Shown here: positions 1 through 10,580 of the stretch, one piece after another
Layout of the letters: each line of letters opens with the position of its first letter
Numbering within the stretch: the stretch's first letter is position 1
Assembly (NCBI GenBank): GCA_964016885.1
Contig: OZ024744.1
Location: forward strand, 131,626,001-131,690,000
Direction of reading: 5' to 3'
Origin: Eledone cirrhosa
Taxonomy: Eukaryota
Length of the DNA stretch: 64,000 nucleotides
Translations under genes and position numbers: made by a program
The notes under the pieces: generated by a model
Told to the model about the DNA's origin: nothing
Databases searched by the model: none
The model's input: only the letters and a program-made list of their open reading frames with translations

Positions 1-1467
1 TTAAGTTAAGTTGGGGTTAAGTTAAATTGGGGGTAAGTTAAGTTGGGGGTAAGTTAAGTTGGGGGCAAGTTAAGTTGGGGTTCAGTTAAGTTGGGGTTAA
101 ATTAAGTTGGGGTTAAGTTTAGTTGGTGTTAAGTTAAGTTGGGGTTTATTTAAGTTGGGGTTAATTAAGTTGGGGTTAAGTTAAGTTGGGGTTAAGTTAA
201 GTTGGGGTTTAGTTAAGTTGGGGTTCAGTTAAGTTGGGGTTAAGTTAAGTTTGGGTTAAGTTGGGGTTAAATTAATTTGGGGTTAAGTTAAGTTGGGGTT
301 TAGTTTAGTTGGGGTTAAGTTAAGTTGGGGTTAATTTAAGTTGGGGTTAATTTAAGTTGCGGGTAATTTAAGTTGGGGTTAAGTTAAGTTGGGGTTAAGT
401 TAGTTGGGGTTAAGTTAAGTTGGGGTTAAGTTAAGTTGGGGTTAAGTTATGTTGGGGGTAAGTTAAGTTGGGGGTAAGTTAAGTTGGGGTTAAGTTAAGT
501 TGGGGTTAAGTTAAGTTAGGGTTAAGTTAAGTTGGGGTTAAGTTAAGTTGGGGTTAAGTTAAATTGGGGTTAAGTTAAGTTGGGGTTGAGTTAAGTTGGG
601 GTTAAGTTAAGTTGGGGTTATGTTAAGTTGGGGTTAAGTTAAGTTGCGGTTAAGTTAAGTTGGGGTTAAGTTGGGGTTAAGTTAAGTGGTGGTTATGTTA
701 AGTTGGGGTTAAGTTAAGTTGGGGTTAATTTAAATTGGGGTTAAGTTAACTTTGTGGTTAAGTTAAGTTGGGGCTAAATTAAGTTGGGGCCAAGTTAAGT
801 TGGGGATAAGTTAAGTTGGGGTTCAGTTAAGTTGGGGTTAAGTTAAGTTTGGGTTAAGTTGGGGTTAAATTAAGTTGGGGTTAAGTTAAGTTGGGGTTTA
901 GTTAAGTTGGGGTTAAGTTAAGTTGGGGTTAATTTAAGTTGGGGTTAAGTTAAGTGGTGGTTATGTTAAGTTGGGGTTAAGTTAAGTTGGGGTTAATTTA
1001 AATTGGGGTTAAGTTAACTTTGTGGTTAAGTTAAGTTGGGGTTAAGTTAAGTTGGGGTTAAGTTAAGTTGGGGTTCAGTTAAGTTGCGGTTAAGTTAAGT
1101 TGCGGTTAAGTTAAGTTGGGGTTAAGTTAAGTTGGGGTTAAGTTAAGTTGGGGTCAAGTTAAGCTGGGGTTAAGTTAAGTTGGGGTTAAGTTAAGTTGGT
1201 TAGTTAAGTTGAGTTTAAGTTAAGCTGGGGTTAATTTAAGTTGGGTTTAAGTTAAGTTGGGGTTAAGTTAAGTTGGGGTTAAGTTAAGTTGGGGTTAAGT
1301 TAATTTGGGGTTCAGTTAAGTTGGGGTTAAGTCAAGTTGGGGTTAAGTTGGGGTTAAATTAATTTGGGGTTAAGTTAAGTTGGGGTTAAGTTAAGTTGGG
1401 GTTAAGTTAAGTTGGGGTTAAGTTAAGTTGGGGTTAAGTTAATTTGTGGTTAAGTTAAGTTGGGGTT

Positions 1468-1893
1468 AACCCCAACTTCACTCAACCCCACCTTAACTCA
1501 ACCCCAACTTAACTTAACCCCAACTTCACTGAACCCCAACTTAACTTAACCCCAACTTCACTCAACCCCAACTTAACTCAACCCCAACTTAACTTAACCC
1601 CAACTTAACTTAACCCAAACTTAACTTAACCCCGACTTAACTTAACTTCGACTTAACTTAATCCCAACTTAACTTAACCCAAACTTAACTTAACCCCAAC
1701 TTAACTTAACCACAAATTAACTTAACCCCAACTTAAATTAACCCCAACTTAAATTAACCCCAACTTAACTTAACCCCAACTTAACTTAACCCCAACTTAA
1801 CTCACACCCAACTTAACTTACCCCCAACTTAACTTAACCCCAACTTAGACTTAACCCAAACTTTACTTAACCCCAACTTAACTTAACCCCAAA
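1468..1893 (-). repeat. Inverted satellite island 1 (426 bp, left-domain type)
   Basis: Strand switch at ggggtt|aacccc (1467/1468) to (CCCCAACTTAACTTAA)n, back at ccccaaa|ttcgggg (1893/1894). Carries cttcgac, ccacaaatt, ctcacaccc, ttagactt, aaactttac. Confidence 0.97.
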
Positions 1894-4800
1894 TTCGGGG
1901 TTAAGTTAAGTTGGGGTTAAGTTAAGTTAGGCTTAACTTAAGTTGGGGTTAAGTTAAGTTGGGGGTAAGTTAAGTTCTGGGTAAGTTAAGTTGGGGTTAA
2001 GTTAAGTTGGGGTTAAGTTGGGGTTAATTTAAGTTAGGGTTAAGTTAAGTTGGGGTTGAGTTAAGTTGGGGTTAAGTTAAGTTGGGGTTAAGTTAAGTTG
2101 GGGTCAAGTTAAGTTGGGGTTAAAATTAAGTTGGGGTTAAGTCAAGTTGGGGTTAAGTTAAGTTGGGGTTAATTTAGTTGGGGTTAAGTTAAGTTGGGGC
2201 TAAGTTAAGTTGGGGCTAAGTTAAGTTGGGGCTAAGTTAAGTTGGGGTTAAGTTAAGTTGGGGTTAAGTTAAGTTGGGGTTAATTTAAATTGGGGTTAAG
2301 TTAACTTTGTGGTTAAGTTAAGTTGGGGTTAAGTTAAGTTGGGGCTAAGTTAAGTTGGGGTTAAGTTAAGTTGGGGTTAAGTTAAGTTGGGGTTGAGTTA
2401 AGTTGGGGTTGAGTGAAGTTGGGGTTAATTTAAGTTGGGGTTAAATTAAGTTGGCGTTAAGTTAAGTTGGGGTTGAGTTAAGTTGGGGTTGAGTTAATTT
2501 AGGGTTAAGTTAAGTTGGGGTTAAGTTAAGTTGGGTTTAAGTTAAGTTGGGGTTAAATTAAGTTGGGGTTAAATTAAGTTGGGGTTAAGTTAAGTTGGGG
2601 TTTAGTTAAGTTGGAGTTAAGTTAAGTTGGGGTTAATTTAAGTTGGGGTTAAGTTAAGTTGGTGTTAAGTTAAGTGGTGGTTATGTTAAGTTGGGGTTAA
2701 GTTAAGTTGGGGTTAATTTAAATTGGGGTTAAGTTAACTTTGTGGTTAAGTTAAGTTGGGGTTAAGTTAAGTTGGGGTTAAGTTAAGTTGGGGTTGAGTT
2801 AAGTTGGGGTTGAGTTAATTTAGGGTTAAGTTAAGTTGGGCTTAAGTTAAGTTGGGTTTAAGTTAAGTTGGGGTTAAATTAAGTTGGGGTTAAGTTAAGT
2901 TGGGGGTAAGTTAAGTTGGGGGTAAGTTAAGTTGGGGTTAAGTTAAGTTGGGGTTAAATTAAGTTGGGGTTAAGTTTAGTTGGTGTTAAGTTAAGTTGGG
3001 GTTTATTTAAGTTGGGGTTAATTAAGTTGGGGTTAAGTTAAGTTGGGGTTAAGTTAAGTTGGGGTTAATTTAAGTTGGGGTTGAGTTAAGTTGGGGTTAA
3101 GTTAAGTTGGGTTTATATTAAGTTGGGGTTAAGTTAAGTTGGGGTTAAGTTAAGTTGGGGTTCAGTTAAGTTGCGGTTAAGTTAAGTTGGGGTTAAGTTA
3201 AGTTGGGGTTAAGTTAAGTTGGGGTTAAGTTAAGTTGGGGTTAATTTAAGTTGGTGTTAAGTTAAGTTGGGGCTGAGTTAAGTTGGGGCTGAGTTAAGTT
3301 GGGGTTAAGTTAAGTTGGGGTTGAGTTAAGTTGGGGTTAAGTTAAGTTGGGGTTAAGTTAAGTTGGGGTTAAGTTAAGTTGGGTTTAAGTTAAATTGGGG
3401 TTTAGTTAAGTTGGGGTTCAGTTAAGTTGGGGTTAAGTTAAGTTTGGGTTAAGTTGGGGTTAAATTAATTTGGGGTTAAGTTAAGTTGGGGTTTAGTTTA
3501 GTTGGGGTTAAGTTAAGTTGGGGTTAATTTAAGTTGGGGTTAAGTTAAGTTGCGGGTAATTTAAGTTGGGATTAAGTTAAGTTGGGGTTAAGTTAAGATG
3601 GGGTTAAGTTAAGTTGGGGTTAAGTTAAGTTGGGGTTAAGTTAAATTGGGGGTAAGTTAAGTTGGGGGTAAGTTAAGTTGGGGGCAAGTTAAGTTGGGGT
3701 TCAGTTAAGTTGGGGTTAAATTAAGTTGGGGTTAAGTTTAGTTGGTGTTAAGTTAAGTTGGGGTTTATTTAAGTTGGGGTTAATTAAGTTGGGGTTAAGT
3801 TAAGTTGGGGTTAAGTTAAGTTGGGGTTTAGTTAAGTTGGGGTTCAGTTAAGTTGGGGTTAAGTTAAGTTTGGGTTAAGTTGGGGTTAAATTAATTTGGG
3901 GTTAAGTTAAGTTGGGGTTTAGTTTAGTTGGGGTTAATATAAGTTGCGGGTAATTTAAGTTGGGGTTAAGTTAAGTTGGGGTTAAGTTAGTTGGGGTTAA
4001 GTTAAGTTGGGGTTAAGTTAAGTTGGGGTTAAGTTATGTTGGGGGTAAGTTAAGTTGGGGGTAAGTTAAGTTGGGGTTAAGTTAAGTTGGGGTTAAGTTA
4101 AGTTAGGGTTAAGTTAAATTGGGGTTAAGTTAAGTTGGGGTTAAGTTAAATTGGGGTTAAGTTAAGTTGGGGTTGAGTTAAGTTGGGGTTAAGTTAAGTT
4201 GGGGTTATGTTAAGTTGGGGTTAAGTTAAGTTGCGGTTAAGTTAAGTTGGGGTTAAGTTGGGGTTAAGTTAAGTGGTGGTTATGTTAAGTTGGGGTTAAG
4301 TTAAGTTGGGGTTAATTTAAATTGGGGTTAAGTTAACTTTGTGGTTAAGTTAAGTTGGGGCTAAATTATGTTGGGGCCAAGTTAAGTTGGGGCTAAGTTA
4401 AGTTGGGGTTCAGTTAAGTTGGGGTTAAGTTAAGTTTGGGTTAAGTTGGGGTTAAATTAAGTTGGGGTTAAATTAAGTTGGGGTTAAGTTTAGTTGGTGT
4501 TAAGTTAAGTTGGGGTTTATTTAAGTTGGGGTTAATTAAGTTGGGGTTAAGTTAAGTTGGGGTTAAGTTAAGTTGGGGTTAATTTAAGTTGGGGTTGAGT
4601 TAAGTTGGGGTTAAGTTAAGTTGGGTTTATATTAAGTTGGGGTTAAGTTAAGTTGGGGTTAAGTTAAGTTGGGGTTCAGTTAAGTTGCGGTTAAGTTAAG
4701 TTGGGGTTAAGTTAAGTTGGGGTTAAGTTAAGTTGGGGTTAAGTTAAGTTGGTGTTAAGTTAAGTTGGGGCTGAGTTAAGTTGGGGCTGAGTTAAGTTGG

Positions 4801-6583
4801 GGTTAAGTTAAGTTGGGGTTGAGTTAAGTTGGGGTTAAGTTAAGTTGGGGTTAAGTTAAGTTGGGGTTAAGTTAAGTTGGGTTTAAGTTAAGTTGGGGTT
4901 TAGTTAAGTTGGGGTTCAGTTAAGTTGGGGTTAAGTTAAGTTTGGGTTAAGTTGGGGTTAAATTAATTTGGGGTTAAGTTAAGTTGGGGTTTAGTTTAGT
5001 TGGGGTTAAGTTAAGTTGGGGTTAATTTAAGTTGGGGTTAAGTTAAGTTGCGGGTAATTTAAGTTGGGATTAAGTTAAGTTGGGGTTAAGTTAAGATGGG
5101 GTTAAGTTAAGTTGGGGTTAAGTTAAGTTGGGGTTAAGTTAAATTGGGGGTAAGTTAAGTTGGGGGTAAGTTAAGTTGGGGGCAAGTTAAGTTGGGGTTC
5201 AGTTAAGTTGGGGTTAAATTAAGTTGGGGTTAAGTTTAGTTGGTGTTAAGTTAAGTTGGGGTTTATTTAAGTTGGGGTTAATTAAGTTGGGGTTAAGTTA
5301 AGTTGGGTTAAGTTAAGTTGGGGTTTAGTTAAGTTGGGGTTCAGTTAAGTTGGGGTTAAGTTAAGTTTGGGTTAAGTTGGGGTTAAATTAATTTGGGGTT
5401 AAGTTAAGTTGGGGTTTAGTTTAGTTGGGGTTAAGTTAAGTTGGGGTTAATTTAAGTTGGGGTTAATTTAAGTTGCGGGTAATTTAAGTTGGGGTTAAGT
5501 TAAGTTGGGGTTAAGTTAGTTGGGGTTAAGTTAAGTTGGGGTTAAGTTAAGTTGGGGTTAAGTTATGTTGGGGGTAAGTTAAGTTGGGGGTAAGTTAAGT
5601 TGGGGTTAAGTTAAGTTGGGGTTAAGTTAAGTTAGGGTTAAGTTAAGTTGGGGTTAAGTTAAGTTGGGGTTAAGTTAAATTGGGGTTAAGTTAAGTTGGG
5701 GTTGAGTTAAGTTGGGGTTAAGTTAAGTTGGGGTTATGTTAAGTTGGGGTTAAGTTAAGTTGCGGTTAAGTTAAGTTGGGGTTAAGTTGGGGTTAAGTTA
5801 AGTGGTGGTTATGTTAAGTTGGGGTTAAGTTAAGTTGGGGTTAATTTAAATTGGGGTTAAGTTAACTTTGTGGTTAAGTTAAGTTGGGGCTAAATTAAGT
5901 TGGGGCCAAGTTAAGTTGGGGCTAAGTTAAGTTGGGGTTCAGTTAAGTTGGGGTTAAGTTAAGTTTGGGTTAAGTTGGGGTTAAATTAAGTTGGGGTTAA
6001 GTTAAGTTGGGGTTTAGTTAAGTTGGGGTTAAGTTAAGTTGGGGTTAATTTAAGTTGGGGTTAAGTTAAGTGGTGGTTATGTTAAGTTGGGGTTAAGTTA
6101 AGTTGGGGTTAATTTACATTGGGGTTAAGTTAACTTTGTGGTTAAGTTAAGTTGGGGTTAAGTTAAGTTGGGGTTAAGTTAAGTTGGGGTTCAGTTAAGT
6201 TGCGGTTAAGTTAAGTTGCGGTTAAGTTAAGTTGGGGTTAAGTTAAGTTGGGGTTAAGTTAAGTTGGGGTCAAGTTAAGCTGGGGTTAAGTTAAGTTGGG
6301 GTTAAGTTAAGTTGGTTAGTTAAGTTGAGTTTAAGTTAAGCTGGGGTTAATTTAAGTTGGGTTTAAGTTAAGTTGGGGTTAAGTTAAGTTGGGGTTAAGT
6401 TAAGTTGGGGTTAAGTTAATTTGGGGTTCAGTTAAGTTGGGGTTAAGTCAAGTTGGGGTTAAGTTGGGGTTAAATTAATTTGGGGTTAAGTTAAGTTGGG
6501 GTTAAGTTAAGTTGGGGTTAAGTTAAGTTGGGGTTAAGTTAAGTTGGGGTTAAGTTAATTTGTGGTTAAGTTAAGTTGGGGTT

Positions 6584-7009
6584 AACCCCAACTTCACTCA
6601 ACCCCACCTTAACTCAACCCCAACTTAACTTAACCCCAACTTCACTCAACCCCAACTTAACTTAACCCCAACTTCACTCAACCCCAACTTAACTCAACCC
6701 CAACTTAACTTAACCCCAACTTAACTTAACCCTAACTTAACTTAACCCCGACTTAATTTAACTTCGACTTAACTTAATCCCAACTTAACTTAACCCCAAC
6801 TTAACTTAACCCCAACTTAACTTAACCACAAATTAACTTAACCCCAACTTAAATTAACCCCAACTTAAATTAACCCCAACTTAACTTAACCCCAACTTAA
6901 CTTAACCCCAACTTAACTCACACCCAACTTAACTTACCCCCAACTTAACTTAACCCCAACTTAGACTTAACCCAAACTTTACTTAACCCCAACTTAACTT
7001 AACCCCAAA
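6584..7009 (-). repeat. Inverted island 2 (426 bp)
   Basis: Same entry and exit junctions and internal variant order as island 1. Confidence 0.97.
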
Positions 7010-10000
7010 TTCGGGGTTAAGTTAAGTTGGGGTTAAGTTAAGTTAGGCTTAACTTAAGTTGGGGTTAAGTTAAGTTGGGGGTAAGTTAAGTTCTGGGTAA
7101 GTTAAGTTGGGGTTAAGTTAAGTTGGGGTTAAGTTGGGGTTAATTTAAGTTAGGGTTAAGTTAAGTTGGGGTTGAGTTAAGTTGGGGTTAAGTTAAGTTG
7201 GGGTTAAGTTAAGTTGGGGTCAAGTTAAGTTGGGGTTAAAATTAAGTTGGGGTTAAGTCAAGTTGGGGTTAAGTTAAGTTGGGGTTAATTTAGTTGGGGT
7301 TAAGTTAAGTTGGGGCTAAGTTAAGTTGGGGCTAAGTTAAGTTGGGGCTAAGTTAAGTTGGGGTTAAGTTAAGTTGGGGTTAAGTTAAGTTGGGGTTAAT
7401 TTAAATTGGGGTTAAGTTAACTTTGTGGTTAAGTTAAGTTGGGGTTAAGTTAAGTTGGGGCTAAGTTAAGTTGGGGTTAAGTTAAGTTGGGGTTAAGTTA
7501 AGTTGGGGTTGAGTTAAGTTGGGGTTGAGTGAAGTTGGGGTTAATTTAAGTTGGGGTTAAATTAAGTTGGCGTTAAGTTAAGTTGGGGTTGAGTTAAGTT
7601 GGGGTTGAGTTAATTTAGGGTTAAGTTAAGTTGGGGTTAAGTTAAGTTGGGTTTAAGTTAAGTTGGGGTTAAATTAAGTTGGGGTTAAATTAAGTTGGGG
7701 TTAAGTTAAGTTGGGGTTTAGTTAAGTTGGAGTTAAGTTAAGTTGGGGTTAATTTAAGTTGGGGTTAAGTTAAGTTGGTGTTAAGTTAAGTGGTGGTTAT
7801 GTTAAGTTGGGGTTAAGTTAAGTTGGGGTTAATTTAAATTGGGGCTAAGTTAACTTTGTGGTTAAGTTAAGTTGGGGTTAAGTTAAGTTGGGGTTAAGTT
7901 AAGTTGGGGTTGAGTTAAGTTGGGGTTGAGTTAATTTAGGGTTAAGTTAAGTTGGGCTTAAGTTAAGTTGGGTTTAAGTTAAGTTGGGGTTAAATTAAGT
8001 TGGGGTTAAGTTAAGTTGGGGGTAAGTTAAGTTGGGGGCAAGTTAAGTTGGGGTTAAGTTAAGTTGGGGTTAAATTAAGTTGGGGTTAAGTTTAGTTGGT
8101 GTTAAGTTAAGTTGGGGTTTATTTAAGTTGGGGTTAATTAAGTTGGGGTTAAGTTAAGTTGGGGTTAAGTTAAGTTGGGGTTAATTTAAGTTGGGGTTGA
8201 GTTAAGTTGGGGTTAAGTTAAGTTGGGTTTATATTAAGTTGGGGTTAAGTTAAGTTGGGGTTAAGTTAAGTTGGGGTTCAGTTAAGTTGCGGTTAAGTTA
8301 AGTTGGGGTTAAGTTAAGTTGGGGTTAAGTTAAGTTGGGGTTAAGTTAAGTTGGGGTTAATTTAAGTTGGTGTTAAGTTAAGTTGGGGCTGAGTTAAGTT
8401 GGGGCTGAGTTAAGTTGGGGTTAAGTTAAGTTGGGGTTGAGTTAAGTTGGGGTTAAGTTAAGTTGGGGTTAAGTTAAGTTGGGGTTAAGTTAAGTTGGGT
8501 TTAAGTTAAGTTGGGGTTTAGTTAAGTTGGGGTTCAGTTAAGTTGGGGTTAAGTTAAGTTTGGGTTAAGTTGGGGTTAAATTAATTTGGGGTTAAGTTAA
8601 GTTGGGGTTTAGTTTAGTTGGGGTTAAGTTAAGTTGGGGTTAATTTAAGTTGGGGTTAAGTTAAGTTGCGGGTAATTTAAGTTGGGATTAAGTTAAGTTG
8701 GGGTTAAGTTAAGATGGGGTTAAGTTAAGTTGGGGTTAAGTTAAGTTGGGGTTAAGTTAAATTGGGGGTAAGTTAAGTTGGGGGTAAGTTAAGTTGGGGG
8801 CAAGTTAAGTTGGGGTTCAGTTAAGTTGGGGTTAAATTAAGTTGGGGTTAAGTTTAGTTGGTGTTAAGTTAAGTTGGGGTTTATTTAAGTTGGGGTTAAT
8901 TAAGTTGGGGTTAAGTTAAGTTGGGGTTAAGTTAAGTTGGGGTTTAGTTAAGTTGGGGTTCAGTTAAGTTGGGGTTAAGTTAAGTTTGGGTTAAGTTGGG
9001 GTTAAATTAATTTGGGGTTAAGTTAAGTTGGGGTTTAGTTTAGTTGGGGTTAATATAAGTTGCGGGTAATTTAAGTTGGGGTTAAGTTAAGTTGGGGTTA
9101 AGTTAGTTGGGGTTAAGTTAAGTTGGGGTTAAGTTAAGTTGGGGTTAAGTTATGTTGGGGGTAAGTTAAGTTGGGGGTAAGTTAAGTTGGGGTTAAGTTA
9201 AGTTGGGGTTAAGTTAAGTTAGGGTTAAGTTAAGTTGGGGTTAAGTTAAGTTGGGGTTAAGTTAAATTGGGGTTAAGTTAAGTTGGGGTTGAGTTAAGTT
9301 GGGGTTAAGTTAAGTTGGGGTTATGTTAAGTTGGGGTTAAGTTAAGTTGCGGTTAAGTTAAGTTGGGGTTAAGTTGGGGTTAAGTTAAGTGGTGGTTATG
9401 TTAAGTTGGGGTTAAGTTAAGTTGGGGTTAATTTAAATTGGGGTTAAGTTAACTTTGTGGTTAAGTTAAGTTGGGGCTAAATTATGTTGGGGCCAAGTTA
9501 AGTTGGGGCTAAGTTAAGTTGGGGTTCAGTTAAGTTGGGGTTAAGTTAAGTTTGGGTTAAGTTGGGGTTAAATTAAGTTGGGGTTAAGTTAAGTTGGGGT
9601 TTAGTTAAGTTGGGGTTAAGTTAAGTTGGGGTTAATTTAAGTTGGGGTTAAGTTAAGTCGTGGTTATGTTAAGTTGGGGTTAAGTTAAGTTGGGGTTAAT
9701 TTAAATTGGGGTTAAGTTAACTTTGTGGTTAAGTTAAGTTGGGGTTAAGTTAAGTTGGGGTTAAGTTAAGTTGGGGTTCAGTTAAGTTGCGGTTAAGTTA
9801 AGTTGCGGTTAAGTTAAGTTGGGGTTAAGTTAAGTTGGGGTTAAGTTAAGTTGGGGTCAAGTTAAGCTGGGGTTAAGTTAAGTTGGGGTTAAGTTAAGTT
9901 GGTTAGTTAAGTTGAGTTTAAGTTAAGCTGGGGTTAATTTAAGTTGGGTTTAAGTTAAGTTGGGGTTAAGTTAAGTTGGGGTTAAGTTAAGTTGGGGTTA

Positions 10001-10154
10001 AGTTAATTTGGGGTTCAGTTAAGTTGGGGTTAAGTCAAGTTGGGGTTAAGTTGGGGTTAAATTAATTTGGGGTTAAGTTAAGTTGGGGTTAAGTTAAGTT
10101 GGGGTTAAGTTAAGTTGGGGTTAAGTTAATTTGTGGTTAAGTTAAGTTGGGGTT

Positions 10155-10580
10155 AACCCCAACTTCACTCAACCCCACCTTAACTCAACCCCAACTTAAC
10201 TTAACCCCAACTTCACTCAACCCCAACTTAACTTAACCCCAACTTCACTCAACCCCAACTTAACTCAACCCCAACTTAACTTAACCCCAACTTAACTTAA
10301 CCCTAACTTAACTTAACCCCGACTTAACTTAACTTCGACTTAACTTAATCCCAACTTAACTTAACCCCAACTTAACTTAACCCCAACTTAACTTAACCAC
10401 AAATTAACTTAACCCCAACTTAAATTAACCCCAACTTAAATTAACCCCAACTTAACTTAACCCCAACTTAACTTAACCCCAACTTAACTCACACCCAACT
10501 TAACTTACCCCCAACTTAACTTAACCCCAACTTAGACTTAACCCAAACTTTACTTAACCCCAACTTAACTTAACCCCAAA
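10155..10580 (-). repeat. Inverted island 3 (426 bp)
   Basis: Same junctions and markers as island 1. Confidence 0.97.

Larger units (their letters stand above)
1..9586 (+). repeat. Direct duplication at offset ~5,116 bp (1-~4,470 vs ~5,117-9,586)
   Basis: Island 1 to island 2 = 5,116; the variant order from position 1 recurs from ~5,117 (e.g. aaattgggggtaag at 24 and 5141). Confidence 0.8.

Noticed and set aside
1468-1893. Islands as MITE or piggyBac-type insertions at TTAA
   Set aside because: Island content is just the satellite in reverse. There is no distinct internal sequence, terminal inverted repeat or target-site duplication, and the flanks are shared between copies, so they spread by duplication and not by independent insertion.
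1865-1922. Rho-independent terminators or structured ncRNA at junction hairpins
   Set aside because: The hairpins follow automatically from the inversion; there is no upstream gene and no U-tract.
1926-1932. TTAGGC (nematode) and scattered TTAGGG (vertebrate/fungal) telomere hexamers as taxonomic clues
   Set aside because: They occur only as isolated one- or two-base variants of TTGGGG and never in tandem.
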